From Brevundimonas sp. (lineage in GTDB: Bacteria; Pseudomonadota; Alphaproteobacteria; Caulobacterales; Caulobacteraceae), in NCBI RefSeq assembly GCF_024711105.1, contig NZ_JANJTL010000139.1:147-64146 (forward strand): a stretch of DNA of 64,000 bases. Direction: 5' to 3'. Under the pieces are notes generated by a model. The model made no database searches. It was not told the origin of the DNA and worked only from the letters and a program-made list of their open reading frames with translations. This document shows, in pieces, positions 1 through 9,914 of the stretch (position 1 is its first letter; each line of letters begins with the position of its first letter). Both the position numbers and the translations under genes were made by a program.

Positions 1-919
1 TCTCGATGGCGGCGTCCCGGACGCGGCCGAACTCCGACGCGTCGATCTCACCCTTGCGGAGCCGGTCGGACGAGACGCCCGACGCGTCGGCGAGGATACG
101 CAGGGCCAGCTGCTCGGCGCTCATTTCGAGCGAGAAGAAGGCGACAACCCCGCCGGAGACGGTCTTGCGCCCCTCCGGCGTCGGCTCCCAGCGATAGTTG
201 CGTGCGACGTTGAAGGCGATGTTGGTGGCCAGGGCGGTCTTGCCCATCGAGGGGCGCCCGGCGAGCACCAGTAGGTCCGATGGATAGAGACCGCCCAGCT
301 TCTGGTCGAGGTCCACAAGGCCCGTGGCCAGGCCCGCCAGGCCGCCGTCGCGCTGGAAGGCCTCGGCGGTCATGTCGACCGCGCCCGCAAGCGCGTGAGA
401 GAAGGCGACGAAGCCGGTCGAGGACGCCCCGGTCTCGGCCAGGGTGTAGAGTGACTGTTCGGCGAGCTCGATCTGGTCCTTGGCGTCCCGCTCGGGGTTG
501 GGCGCCTCCTTCATGATCTCGCCGCCGATGCGGATCAGGTCGCGGCGCAGCGCCAGGTCATAGACGAGCCGGCCGTAGTCGGGCGCATGCGCCGCGGGCG
601 GAGCGCGGTCGACGAGATCGGCGAGATAGCGGACGCCACCGAGTTCCTCGAAGGCCGGATCACGCTTGAACCGCTCCATCAGGATGGTCGGCTCGGCCAA
701 CAGGCCCTGGCGGATGTGGTCCTCGATGGCGTCGAACAGCCGCTGGTGGAACGGTTCGTAGAAGTGGTGCCCGCGCAGCTTGTCGTTCAGCCGCTCGGAC
801 ACGGCGTTGTCGAACATCATCGCGCCCAGCACGGCCTGTTCCGCCTCCAGGTTGTGGGGCAGGGCTGCGCCGACAGGCTCGGGCGCGGGATAGGTCAGGG
901 TCGCAAGCGCGGCGTTCAT
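1..919 (-). CDS. dnaB: Replicative DNA helicase DnaB, N-terminal ~306 codons (3' end lies left of the window)
   Basis: Not in the ORF track because it runs off the edge. My reverse translation from ATG 919-917 gives MNAALATLTYPAPEPVGAALPHNLEAEQAVLGAMMFDN. Further on it gives GRPSMGKTALATNIAFNVA (Walker A) and FSLEMSAEQLALRIL. Confidence 0.9.
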   Translation of the reverse strand, partial: MNAALATLTYPAPEPVGAALPHNLEAEQAVLGAMMFDNAVSERLNDKLRGHHFYEPFHQRLFDAIEDHIRQGLLAEPTILMERFKRDPAFEELGGVRYLADLVDRAPPAAHAPDYGRLVYDLALRRDLIRIGGEIMKEAPNPERDAKDQIELAEQSLYTLAETGASSTGFVAFSHALAGAVDMTAEAFQRDGGLAGLATGLVDLDQKLGGLYPSDLLVLAGRPSMGKTALATNIAFNVARNYRWEPTPEGRKTVSGGVVAFFSLEMSAEQLALRILADASGVSSDRLRKGEIDASEFGRVRDAAIE

Positions 920-1043
920 GGCGTTAACGGTTTACCCATCGCACGCCCCTGCGGCAGGGGCGGTCGTGCCGATGAACGGGGACAGTTTCAGGCGGCCTGT
1001 GGATGCGTCGAAAATCCGCAAGCGGAGCAGTCGCGGGCCTGCC

Positions 1044-3116
1044 TTAGACGTCCAGATCCTCGGCGGCGAAGGCCGCGTGTTCCTGAATGAAACGGAAGCG
1101 GAGTTCCGGCTTGCGGCCCATCAGGGTCTCGACGCGGTCGTCAATCTGGGCCTCGTGGCCGGGCTCGACCACGACCCGGGCCAGCGTGCGCCGCTTCGGG
1201 TCCATGGTGGTTTCCTTGAGCTGGGACGGGTTCATCTCGCCCAGGCCCTTGAAGCGGCCGATCTCGGGCTTCTTGCCCTTGAAGACCGTGGCCATCAGCT
1301 CGTCCTTGTGGGCGTCGTCGCGGGCGTAGACGGTCTTGCCGCCGTGGCTGAGGCGATAGAGCGGCGGCATGGCCAGGAACAGCCGGCCCGAGCGGATCAG
1401 CTCCGGCATCGACCGATAGAAGAAGGTGATGAGCAGGCTCGCGATGTGGGCCCCGTCCACGTCGGCGTCGGTCATGATGACGATACGCTCGTAGCGCAGG
1501 TCCTCGAGCCGGAAGCGCGAGCCGGTCTGCACGCCGAGCGCGAGAAGCAGGTCCGAAAGCTCCTGGTTCTGGCGCGCCTTGTCGCCGGACGCCGAGGCGA
1601 CGTTCAGGATCTTGCCGCGCAGGGGCAGGATGGCCTGGGAGGCGCGGTCGCGCGCCTGCTTGGCCGAGCCGCCCGCCGAGTCCCCCTCGACGATGAAGAG
1701 CTCGGCGCCCTGCGCCGCCGTCTGGGAGCAGTCGGCCAGCTTGCCGGGCAGGCGCAGCTTGCGGGTCGCTGAGGCGCGGGCGACCTCCTTGTCCTTGCGG
1801 CGCTTGAGGCGTTCCTCGGCGCGCTCCAGCACGAAGCCCAGCAAGGCGTTGGCCCGCTGAGGGCTTTCGGTCAGCCAGTGGTCGAAGGGGTCGCGCAGCG
1901 CCGCCTCGACCAGCTTCTGGGCGTCGGACGAGGACAGCCGATCCTTGGTCTGGCCCTGGAATTCGGGGTTCTTGATGAAGACCGACACTAGGGCCCCGGC
2001 CTGGGCGATCACGTCCTCTGCCGTCAGGATGCCGGCGCGCTTCTCGCCGGTGAGCTCCGCATAGGCCTTGAGACCCTTGACCAGGGCGGCGCGGAAGCCG
2101 GCCTCATGCGTGCCGCCGTCGGGTGTCGGCACGGTGTTGCAGTAGGACTGAACGAAGCTGTCGTGGTCGCCGAAGCCGGCCGGGCTCCAGGTCACGGCCC
2201 ACTCGACCGCCCCGGCGTCGCCCTTGCGCTCGACGCGCCCGAAGAAGGCCGGCGTGACCGTCTCCTGCTCGCCGATACGCTCGGCGAGATAGTCGGCCAG
2301 GCCGTTCGGGAAGTGGAAGGTGGCGCGCTCGGGGATCTGCTCGCTGGCCAGTTCGGCGGCGAGCTTCCACTCGATGGTCACGCCGCGGAACAGATAGGCC
2401 TTGGAGCGGGCCATGCGATACAGCCGCGCCGGCTTGAAGGCCGCTCCCGCGCCGAAGATCTCGTCGTCCGGCTTGAAGCGGATGCGCGTGCCCTTCTTGC
2501 GCGAGGGGCCGACCCGTTCCGTGCCGGTCAGCGGCTTGCCGCGCGAGAAGAGCTGCCGGTGTTCAAAGCCATCGCGCCAGACCGTCGCCTCCAGCCGCTC
2601 GGCCAGGGCGTTGACGACGCTGACGCCCACGCCGTGCAGGCCGCCGGACGTCTCATAGGCCTTTCCCGAGAATTTCCCGCCCGAGTGGAGCACGGTCATC
2701 ACCACCTCGAGCGCAGACTTGTCCGGGTGGCGCGGGTGCGGATCGACCGGAATGCCCCGGCCGTCGTCGGTGACGGCCAGGAAGCCCTCGGCGTCCAGTT
2801 CGACGGTGATCAGCTTGGCGTGGCGGGCGACCGCCTCGTCCATCGAGTTGTCGAGCACCTCGGCGAACAGGTGGTGCAGCGCACGCTCGTCGGTGCCGCC
2901 GATGTACATGCCCGGCCGCTTGCGGACCGGCTCGAGCCCTTCCAGCACCTCGATCGAGGCGGCCGAATAGCCGCCGCCCGTCGGGGTAGGCACGACCGGC
3001 TCCGGCGCGGGCGCGCGCTCGGGACGCGACAGCGCCTGGGGCGTCGTCGGCTCGGGCGCGGGCTCCGGCGAGGAGAGCGAACTGAACAGGTCGTCGATGG
3101 GCTCTGGCTTGGCCAT
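1044..3116 (-). CDS. parE: DNA topoisomerase IV subunit B
   Basis: 690-aa ORF with GHKL ATPase and TOPRIM motifs (EVLDNSMDEA, GGLHGVGVSVVNA, EGDSAGGSAKQARDR, PLRGKILNV). The length is shorter than GyrB, which favours ParE. Confidence 0.85.
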   Translation of the reverse strand: MAKPEPIDDLFSSLSSPEPAPEPTTPQALSRPERAPAPEPVVPTPTGGGYSAASIEVLEGLEPVRKRPGMYIGGTDERALHHLFAEVLDNSMDEAVARHAKLITVELDAEGFLAVTDDGRGIPVDPHPRHPDKSALEVVMTVLHSGGKFSGKAYETSGGLHGVGVSVVNALAERLEATVWRDGFEHRQLFSRGKPLTGTERVGPSRKKGTRIRFKPDDEIFGAGAAFKPARLYRMARSKAYLFRGVTIEWKLAAELASEQIPERATFHFPNGLADYLAERIGEQETVTPAFFGRVERKGDAGAVEWAVTWSPAGFGDHDSFVQSYCNTVPTPDGGTHEAGFRAALVKGLKAYAELTGEKRAGILTAEDVIAQAGALVSVFIKNPEFQGQTKDRLSSSDAQKLVEAALRDPFDHWLTESPQRANALLGFVLERAEERLKRRKDKEVARASATRKLRLPGKLADCSQTAAQGAELFIVEGDSAGGSAKQARDRASQAILPLRGKILNVASASGDKARQNQELSDLLLALGVQTGSRFRLEDLRYERIVIMTDADVDGAHIASLLITFFYRSMPELIRSGRLFLAMPPLYRLSHGGKTVYARDDAHKDELMATVFKGKKPEIGRFKGLGEMNPSQLKETTMDPKRRTLARVVVEPGHEAQIDDRVETLMGRKPELRFRFIQEHAAFAAEDLDV

Positions 3117-3206
3117 TCGGGGAGTCTAGCGGATTCGGGCGGGCGGTCCCTATCGCGCCTTCGTCGCAGGCGAGCAAGGACAAGCCGGTCGTGCTAGAGC
3201 CCGGCC

Positions 3207-3908
3207 ATGAGCGATGAACCGGAACGCCGCCGCATGGTGCGCCCGCCCTCGGGCGGGACCGAGGCCGGCCGCGGCATGGGCCAGAAGATCAAGACGGCCG
3301 ACAAGAAGAGCCTGTCCAGCCAGCAGTGGATCAAGCGCCAGCTGGCCGACCCCTGGTCCGAACGCGCCCGCGCCGAGGGCTGGCGCTCGCGCGCCGCCTT
3401 CAAGCTGATCGAGATGGACGAGCGGCTCGGCCTCATCAAGAAGGGCGCGCGCGTGGTCGACCTGGGCGCGGCGCCCGGCGGCTGGGTGCAGGTGGCGCTG
3501 AAGCAGGGGGCCTCGGCCGTCGTCGGCGTGGACCTGCTGGCGATCAACCCGATCCCCGGCGCGGTGCTCATCCAGGCCGACTTCACCGACCCGGGCGTGG
3601 ACGACCGGCTGATCGAGGCGCTGGGCGGGGCTCCCGATCTGGTGCTGTCGGACATGGCCCACAACACCGTCGGCCACCGCCAAACCGACCACCTGAAGAT
3701 CATCGCCCTGATCGAGATCGCCGCCGACTTCGCTATCCGGACGCTGAAACCCGGCGGCGCCTTCGTGACCAAGAACTTCCAGGGCGGAGACGCCGGCGGC
3801 GTGCTGGAGCGGCTGCGCGCCGAGTTCACCGACGTCCGCTTCATCAAGCCGAAGGCGAGCCGCAAGGACTCGTCGGAGGTCTATGTCGTGGCGCTCGGCA
3901 AGCTGTGA
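3207..3908 (+). CDS. rlmE: 23S rRNA (uridine-2'-O)-methyltransferase RlmE/FtsJ
   Basis: 233-aa ORF. Contains QQWIKRQLADPW, RSRAAFKLIEMDE and the SAM-binding motif VVDLGAAPGGWVQVA. Confidence 0.9.
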   Translation: MSDEPERRRMVRPPSGGTEAGRGMGQKIKTADKKSLSSQQWIKRQLADPWSERARAEGWRSRAAFKLIEMDERLGLIKKGARVVDLGAAPGGWVQVALKQGASAVVGVDLLAINPIPGAVLIQADFTDPGVDDRLIEALGGAPDLVLSDMAHNTVGHRQTDHLKIIALIEIAADFAIRTLKPGGAFVTKNFQGGDAGGVLERLRAEFTDVRFIKPKASRKDSSEVYVVALGKL

Positions 3909-4969
3909 CCGAGGCGGCGGTCCGCTCCGCCTTCCATGAGCAGGCCCGCATCTGCGCCGGCCTGGGCTCGCCCTTCACCGCCACGGTCTGCGAGCTCGTG
4001 GCGGAGCGGCTGGGCCGGTCGACGGCCGTGGGCCGGCGCGTGCTCGACTGGCCCGGTGACCCGAGGCCCAACGCAGACGCCCTGCCGCTTAGGTTCGCCG
4101 GCGCCCTGCACGCCCGCGCGCGCCGGAGCCGTCCGGCGTCCGTGGCCGAGGCCTGGCCGCCCGCGCGCACGCCGGCGGATGAGGTCCTTTGGCGCGCGAT
4201 CGAGACGGCGCTCAACGAGACCGGGGACTTCATCCTGGCCTGGCTCGACAGCCCGCCGCAGACCAACGAAGTCGGCCGGTCCGGTCCGCTGGCGGCGGGC
4301 CTGCTGGTCTTGGCCGATCGGTTCGGCCTGCCCTTCGACCTGTACGAGCTCGGCTGCAGCGCGGGGCTGAACCTCAATCTGGACCGCTACGCCCTCGACC
4401 TGGGCGGCGTGACCGCCGGCGACGCGACCTCCGCCGTACGGCTGACGCCTGACTGGCGCGGCCCGCCGCCGCCCCGCGCTGAGATCGTGGTGGCCTCGCG
4501 CCGGGGAGTCGACCTCAATCCCCTGGACGCCACTCGGCCGGAGACCGCCGAACGGCTGCTCGCCTATGTCTGGGCCGATCAGCGCGACCGGCTGGCCCGG
4601 CTGGAGGCGGCGCTGGAGATCGCGCGGGCGCACCCGCCGCCGGTCGAGGCCGCCGACGGCGCCGACTGGCTGGAGCGGCGGCTTTCGCCCGATCCGGCGC
4701 CGGGCGTCTGCCGCGTCGTCATGCACACCATCGCGCTTCAGTATTTCCCGTCAGCGGGCCGCTCACGTGTCGTCGCCCATCTGGCGCGGGCCGGGGAAAG
4801 GGCCACGCCCGAAGCTCCCTTGGCCTGGCTGTCCTACGAAGCCGCCGAGGCCCCCGACGCCGACGGCCGCCGCTGGGCGGAACTGAGCCTGACGGTCTGG
4901 CCGGGTGGAGAGCGGCGCGTGCTCGCGCGGGGACACCCGCACGGGTTCGCCCTGGAATGGGCGGGCTAG
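3905..4969 (+). CDS. DUF2332-like conserved protein
   Basis: In-frame GTG 3905 overlaps the rlmE stop (GTGA). FHEQARICAGLGSPFTATVCELVAERL...VLDWPGDP resembles the DUF2332 family. The upstream part of track ORF 3326..4969 overlaps rlmE and is rejected. Confidence 0.55.
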   Translation: MTEAAVRSAFHEQARICAGLGSPFTATVCELVAERLGRSTAVGRRVLDWPGDPRPNADALPLRFAGALHARARRSRPASVAEAWPPARTPADEVLWRAIETALNETGDFILAWLDSPPQTNEVGRSGPLAAGLLVLADRFGLPFDLYELGCSAGLNLNLDRYALDLGGVTAGDATSAVRLTPDWRGPPPPRAEIVVASRRGVDLNPLDATRPETAERLLAYVWADQRDRLARLEAALEIARAHPPPVEAADGADWLERRLSPDPAPGVCRVVMHTIALQYFPSAGRSRVVAHLARAGERATPEAPLAWLSYEAAEAPDADGRRWAELSLTVWPGGERRVLARGHPHGFALEWAG

Positions 4970-5101
4970 CCTTGGACCCCCGCGTCTGATAAACGCCGCG
5001 CCTTCGCGAGCTTCGGCCCGCGATCAAATCCGTGGGAGGGGCTGCCCGAACCACGGCCACATAGGCGGCTTTGACTAGCCGTCGCATACTGGAGACAGCC
5101 A

Positions 5102-5530
5102 ATGGCCAAGAAGATCTTGGGCTATATCAAGCTGCAGGTGCCTGCCGGCTCCGCCACGCCTTCGCCGCCCATCGGGCCGGCGCTGGGCCAGCGCGGCGTC
5201 AACATCATGGGTTTCTGCAAGGAATTCAACGCGCGCACGGAAAAGGAAGCGAAGGGCACGCCCCTGCCGACGGTCATCACCGTCTATCAGGACAAGAGCT
5301 TCACCTTCGTCACCAAGACCCCGCCCGCGACCCACTACCTGAAGGAGGCCGCCAAGATTAAGTCGGGCGCCTCCAAGACGGGCCGCGAGACCGCTGGCAA
5401 GATCACCCGCGCCCAGCTGCGCGAGATCGCCGAGAAGAAGATGAAGGATCTCAACGCCAACGACATCGACGCCGCGGCGAAGATCATCGAAGGCTCCGCC
5501 CGCGCGATGGGCCTGAAGGTGGAGGGCTGA
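5102..5530 (+). CDS. rplK: 50S ribosomal protein L11
   Basis: 142 aa. [44 protein letters not shown] is the canonical L11 N-terminus. Confidence 0.97.
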   Translation: MAKKILGYIKLQVPAGSATPSPPIGPALGQRGVNIMGFCKEFNARTEKEAKGTPLPTVITVYQDKSFTFVTKTPPATHYLKEAAKIKSGASKTGRETAGKITRAQLREIAEKKMKDLNANDIDAAAKIIEGSARAMGLKVEG

Positions 5531-5535
5531 TCGAG

Positions 5536-6225
5536 ATGGCCAAGCAACCCAAGCGTATCCAGGCCTGGACCGGTGACCGCGAGAACCCGCTTCCGCTCGC
5601 CGAGGCCGTCAAGCTGGTCAAGGCCAACGCCAAGGCCAAGTTCGACGAGACCGTCGAGATCGCCGTGAACCTGGGCGTCGACCCGCGTCACGCCGACCAG
5701 CAGGTCCGCGGCGTGGTGAACCTGCCCTCGGGCACGGGCCGTGACGTTCGCGTCGCTGTCTTCGCCAAGGACGCCAAGGCTGAGGAGGCCCGCGCGGCCG
5801 GGGCCGAGCATGTGGGCGCCGAGGACCTGTTCGAGCAGATCAACGGCGGCTTCATGGACTTCGACCGTGTCATCGCCACGCCCGACATGATGGGCCTGGT
5901 GGGTCGTCTCGGTAAGGTGCTGGGCCCGCGCGGCCTGATGCCGAACCCGAAGGTCGGCACCGTGACCCCGAACGTCGGCCAGGCGGTCAAGGACGCCAAG
6001 GGCGGCGCCGTCGAGTTTCGCGTCGAGAAGGCGGGCATCGTCCACGCCGGCGTCGGCAAGGCGAGCTTCACCGAAGACGCCCTGACCGCCAACATCACGG
6101 CCATGATCGACGCCCTGAACAAGGCCAAGCCGTCGGGCGCCAAGGGCGCCTATGTGAAGCGCATCAGCCTGTCCTCAACGATGGGCCCGGGCTTCAAGAT
6201 CGATCCGGCCTCCATCGGCGCCTGA
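5536..6225 (+). CDS. rplA: 50S ribosomal protein L1
   Basis: 229 aa, 5 nt after rplK. Contains typical L1 motifs ([25 protein letters not shown]). Confidence 0.97.
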   Translation: MAKQPKRIQAWTGDRENPLPLAEAVKLVKANAKAKFDETVEIAVNLGVDPRHADQQVRGVVNLPSGTGRDVRVAVFAKDAKAEEARAAGAEHVGAEDLFEQINGGFMDFDRVIATPDMMGLVGRLGKVLGPRGLMPNPKVGTVTPNVGQAVKDAKGGAVEFRVEKAGIVHAGVGKASFTEDALTANITAMIDALNKAKPSGAKGAYVKRISLSSTMGPGFKIDPASIGA

Positions 6226-6251
6226 TCGGCGGAGACGTTGGACCAGAACGT

Positions 6252-6286
6252 GGCCCCGGAGAGCGATCTCCGGGGCCATTTTCGTT
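6252..6286 (+). terminator. Rho-independent terminator after rplA
   Basis: 11-bp stem GGCCCCGGAGA / TCTCCGGGGCC with a GCGA loop, followed by ATTTTCGTT. Confidence 0.65.
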
Positions 6287-6337
6287 GCGGCCAGCGCCGG
6301 GGCATGCATCCTCTCGTCCACGAGGGAGAGGGATTCC

Positions 6338-6874
6338 ATGCGGTTCATGCTTAGCGCCCTTGCGGGGCTGCTCATTCTTGCCGCGCCCGTCGCGGCCGCG
6401 GCGCAGGAGGCCGACGACCGGGCCCACCGCCTGGCGCTCGCGGAGCGTGCGATCGAGGCCATGCAGGGGGAACAACTCGCCGATCAGATGACCCAGATCA
6501 TGCAGGCCTTCCCGGGACCGGAAACGGCGGGCATGTCCGGGGAGGAGCGCATCATCTTCGACGAGGTCATGGCAGACACCATGGACTGGATGATGTCGGC
6601 GATGCTGGAGCGCATGTCGTCGCTCTACGCCGATATTTACACGACCGAGGAGCTTCAGGCGCTCGTCGACTTCTACGAGAGCCCAGTCGGCCAATCGGTC
6701 ATGCGCAAGTCGCTGGAGGCCACGCCGCAGATCATCGAGATGACCCGGGCCCTCATCCCGGAGACCATGCGGCGAACCATCAATGGGCTGTGTGACCGGT
6801 TCGAATGTTCGCCCGAGGAACGGCGGCAGGCGATCGCGGACGCCATGGCCTCGATGGGTCTGCGGGAGTCCTGA
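6338..6874 (+). CDS. DUF2059 family periplasmic protein
   Basis: Signal peptide LLILAAPVAAAAQ. YTTEELQALVDFYESPVGQSVMRK matches the DUF2059 signature as I remember it. Confidence 0.6.
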   Translation: MRFMLSALAGLLILAAPVAAAAQEADDRAHRLALAERAIEAMQGEQLADQMTQIMQAFPGPETAGMSGEERIIFDEVMADTMDWMMSAMLERMSSLYADIYTTEELQALVDFYESPVGQSVMRKSLEATPQIIEMTRALIPETMRRTINGLCDRFECSPEERRQAIADAMASMGLRES

Positions 6875-6877
6875 CGC

Positions 6878-8146
6878 TTGTTCAGCCTCCACAATCTGCA
6901 GAGCCTGCTGGGGTTGGCGGTCATCATCGGCGTCTGCTGGCTGATGTCCGAGGACCGCACGCGTTTTCCCTGGCGGCTGACGCTCGGGGCGATGGCGGTC
7001 CAGGCGTTTCTGGTGTTGCTGGTCTTCGGTGTGCCGGGCTCGGAGGTGGTGCTTGGGGCGATCACAGGATCGGTCGACGCCCTGGCCACGGCAACGCGAC
7101 GCGGGACGCAATTCATCTTCGGCTATCTCGGGGGCGGGGATCAGCCCTACGTCGTCGCCAACGACCGGGCCCTGTTCGTCTTCGCGTTCGAGGTGCTGCC
7201 CCTGATCCTGGTGATCTCGGCGCTGTCGGCGCTGCTGTGGCACTGGCGGATCCTGAAGTGGGTCACCCAAGGCTTCGGTCTGCTGTTCCAGCGGACTATG
7301 GGCTTGGGCGGCGCCTCGGCGCTGGCCGTCGCAGCCAACATCTTCCTGGGCATGATCGAAAGCCCGATCGTCATCCGGGCCTATCTCGACAGGCTGACCC
7401 GGTCCGAGCTGTTCCTGCTGATGGTGGTCGGGCTGGCGACCGTGGCGGGGTCCACCATGGTGGCCTATGCGGCCATCCTGTCGGGCGTGCTGCCCAATGC
7501 GGCCGGGCACGTGCTGGTGGCCTCGATCGTGTCGGCGCCCGCGGGCGTGGCGCTCGCGCGGATCATGCTGCCGGAAAAGGAGGGTGAGGGCGGGGCCCAC
7601 GCCGACTACGGCTCGGCCCTGAAGTACGATTCCGCCATCGACGCCATCGTGAAGGGCACGGCCGACGGCCTGATGGTCGTGCTGAACATCTCGGCGGTTC
7701 TCATTGTTTTCGTGGCGCTCGTGGCGCTGGTCAACATCATGATCGGGGGCCTCTGGCTGTTCGATGCGCCGCTGACGCTGGAGCGGATGCTGGGCTGGCT
7801 GTTCATGCCGGTCGCCTGGCTGACGGGTGTGCCCTGGGAGGAGGCGGGCAAGGCCGGCTGGCTGCTCGGCGTCAAGCTGACCCTGACCGAGTTCGTGGCC
7901 TTCATCGAGCTGGGCAATGTGCCGGCCGGGGAAATGAGCGAGCGGACGCGGATGCTGATGACCTATGCGCTCTGCGGCTTCGCCAACATCGGCTCGGTGG
8001 GCATCACCGTGACCGGCCTGTCGGTGCTGATGCCGGATCGGCGCGAGGAGGTGCTGGGTCTGGTCTGGAGGGCCCTGTTCGCGGGCTTCCTGGCCACCCT
8101 GATGAGCGCCGCCGTCGTCGGGGCCTTGCCTGCCGCCGTCTTCTAG
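6878..8146 (+). CDS. NupC/CNT family nucleoside permease
   Basis: 422-aa polytopic membrane ORF with a TTG start. The ends are CNT-like (LLGLAVIIGVCWLMSEDR at the N-terminus, ALCGFANIGSVGI near the C-terminus). Confidence 0.8.
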   Translation: MFSLHNLQSLLGLAVIIGVCWLMSEDRTRFPWRLTLGAMAVQAFLVLLVFGVPGSEVVLGAITGSVDALATATRRGTQFIFGYLGGGDQPYVVANDRALFVFAFEVLPLILVISALSALLWHWRILKWVTQGFGLLFQRTMGLGGASALAVAANIFLGMIESPIVIRAYLDRLTRSELFLLMVVGLATVAGSTMVAYAAILSGVLPNAAGHVLVASIVSAPAGVALARIMLPEKEGEGGAHADYGSALKYDSAIDAIVKGTADGLMVVLNISAVLIVFVALVALVNIMIGGLWLFDAPLTLERMLGWLFMPVAWLTGVPWEEAGKAGWLLGVKLTLTEFVAFIELGNVPAGEMSERTRMLMTYALCGFANIGSVGITVTGLSVLMPDRREEVLGLVWRALFAGFLATLMSAAVVGALPAAVF

Positions 8147-8180
8147 GACTACGTTTCGAAAAGAAACGGAGATCGGCCTG

Positions 8181-8807
8181 ATGAAGCTCTACGACACGGT
8201 GATGGCGCCCAATCCGCGCCGGGTGCGCTGGATCATGGCGGAGAAGGGGATCACCGACATCGAGATCGTGCCCGTGAACCTGCTGGCGGGCGAGCACCGC
8301 ACGCCGGAATACCGGGCCCGGGCCGGCCTGTCGCACCTGCCGTCGCTGGAGTTGGATGACGGCGCCTGCATCACCGAGTCCATCGCCATCGGCCGGTACC
8401 TGGAGAGTCTCTACCCCGAGCCCAACATGTTCGGCCGCGATCCCCTCGAGATGGCGGTCATCGAGATGTGGACCCGCCGGGCGGAGATGTATCTCGCCAA
8501 TCCGCTGATGCTGTTCACCCGCTTCAGCCATCCTGCGCTGTCGGCGCTCGAGGCGCCGCAGCCGGCGGTGGCCGAGTACAACAAGGCGACGGCCGAGCGC
8601 TTCCTCAAGGTGCTCGACCGACAGCTGGAGGGCCGCGAGTTCGTCGCCGCCGACCGGATCACCGTCGCGGACGTGGTGGCCTACGTCGGCATCGATTTTG
8701 GGCGGCTTGTGAAGTACCGGCCCGATCCGGCCTTCCAGAACGTGGCGCGCTGGCGCGAGGCGCTGAAGGCGCGGCCGGCGGCGAAGGCGGGAATGGTCGC
8801 CGATTGA
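8181..8807 (+). CDS. Glutathione S-transferase
   Basis: 208 aa. Thioredoxin-like N-domain (LPSLELDDGACITESIAIGRYL) plus a helical C-domain. Confidence 0.8.
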   Translation: MKLYDTVMAPNPRRVRWIMAEKGITDIEIVPVNLLAGEHRTPEYRARAGLSHLPSLELDDGACITESIAIGRYLESLYPEPNMFGRDPLEMAVIEMWTRRAEMYLANPLMLFTRFSHPALSALEAPQPAVAEYNKATAERFLKVLDRQLEGREFVAADRITVADVVAYVGIDFGRLVKYRPDPAFQNVARWREALKARPAAKAGMVAD

Positions 8808-9454
8808 GGGCGCTGGAGCAGCATGAGCGCGGCCTGGCGGTGCGGCTCGCCGCGCTCGCCGGCTTCGTCGACAGCATCGGCTTTTTGCTGCTTGGGGGCC
8901 TGTTCGTCTCCTTCATGAGCGGCAACTCGACCCGGCTCGCGGCCAGCCTGTCCATCGGCGACGGGGCCTTGGCGCTGGGCGCGCTCGGGCTGCTGGCGGG
9001 CTTTGTTGGCGGGGCCTTCCTCGGCGCGATGGCCGCAGGCGGAAATCGGGGCGCGCCGGTGCGAGTCCTGATGCTGGAGACCGCACTGCTGCTGGCCGCG
9101 GCCGTCTCGGCGTCGCTCGGAGCGCCGGTGGGCCTCACGGCGGGGTTGATGGTCGTCGCCATGGGAGTGGAGAACGCCGTCTTCCTTCGCAACGGAGAGG
9201 TCGGAGTCGGCCTGACCTACATGACCGGCGCTCTGGTCAAGCTTGGTCACGCCCTGGCGGCAGCGGCGCGTGGCGGCGAGCGCTGGGCCTTCCTGCCCCA
9301 CTTGTGGCTTTGGGCCGGCCTCACCTTCGGCGCGATCCTCGGGGCCCTGGCGTTCCAGCTGATGGGCGGAACGGCGCTCTACCTGGCTGCGGCGGGGGCA
9401 GGCGGGCTCACCCTGGCGATGGTTGAGGACGAAAGCCGCAAGCAGGCCGCCTAG
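8804..9454 (+). CDS. YoaK/DUF1275 family membrane protein
   Basis: GFVDSIGFLLLGGLFVSFMSGNSTRLA is the DUF1275 motif. The start is uncertain: TTG 8804 overlaps the GST stop as TTGA, or a GTG lies about 40 nt further in. The upstream part of track ORF 8468..9454 overlaps the GST gene. Confidence 0.65.
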   Translation: MRALEQHERGLAVRLAALAGFVDSIGFLLLGGLFVSFMSGNSTRLAASLSIGDGALALGALGLLAGFVGGAFLGAMAAGGNRGAPVRVLMLETALLLAAAVSASLGAPVGLTAGLMVVAMGVENAVFLRNGEVGVGLTYMTGALVKLGHALAAAARGGERWAFLPHLWLWAGLTFGAILGALAFQLMGGTALYLAAAGAGGLTLAMVEDESRKQAA

Positions 9455-9885
9455 CCGCGCCGGTCGAACTTCCGGATGACGCCTGAGAAGGTCATCAGGG
9501 TGCGCTCGCCGCAGGTGATCTGGCCGCGCACGAAGATCAGGCTCTTGCCGGCGCGGACGACTTCGCCCGTCGCCTCGACCAGATCACCGACGCGGGCGGC
9601 GTCCACGAAGGTGGAGTCCAGCTGGACCGTCACACCCGAAGAGCCTTCCATCTCCTGATAGGCGGTCTGGAACAGGGCGATGTCCGCAAAGGTCATCAGG
9701 CACCCGCCGTGCATCCGCTGGCCGGCGTTCATGTGCTTCTGCTCGGCGCGGAAGGCGCAGCGCATCCGCCCATCCGGATCGGGCCGGAAGTAGAAGGGGC
9801 CGACCACCTGATCGAAGGTGTCGTGCAGGTCGTACATCTGCCAGCCGGCGAACTCGCCTTCCGTGACCGTGCGCTTGGCAACCAT
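9451..9885 (-). CDS. PaaI-family hot-dog thioesterase
   Basis: NAGQRMHGGCLMTFADIAL motif. ATG 9885 has GGAG 5 nt upstream, so the TTG 9915 start used in the track is less likely. Confidence 0.75.
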   Translation of the reverse strand: MVAKRTVTEGEFAGWQMYDLHDTFDQVVGPFYFRPDPDGRMRCAFRAEQKHMNAGQRMHGGCLMTFADIALFQTAYQEMEGSSGVTVQLDSTFVDAARVGDLVEATGEVVRAGKSLIFVRGQITCGERTLMTFSGVIRKFDRRG

Positions 9886-9914
9886 GCGGGCTCCGCCTTC
9901 TTCTTGCTGCTGCA

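Noticed and set aside
998-1006. DnaA-box-like TGTGGATGC upstream of dnaB
   Set aside because: It is a single 7-of-9 match to TGTGGATAA with no second box. That is not enough to call.
3326-4969. 547-aa version of the DUF2332-like ORF, and similar N-terminal over-extensions at 48041..50137, 50440..52098, 47274..48362, 40191..41432 and 10440..11807
   Set aside because: The upstream portions overlap well-supported genes or tRNA-Ser and are Arg/Pro/Gly-rich. Internal starts with stop-start overlaps or SD sequences give products of the expected family length.
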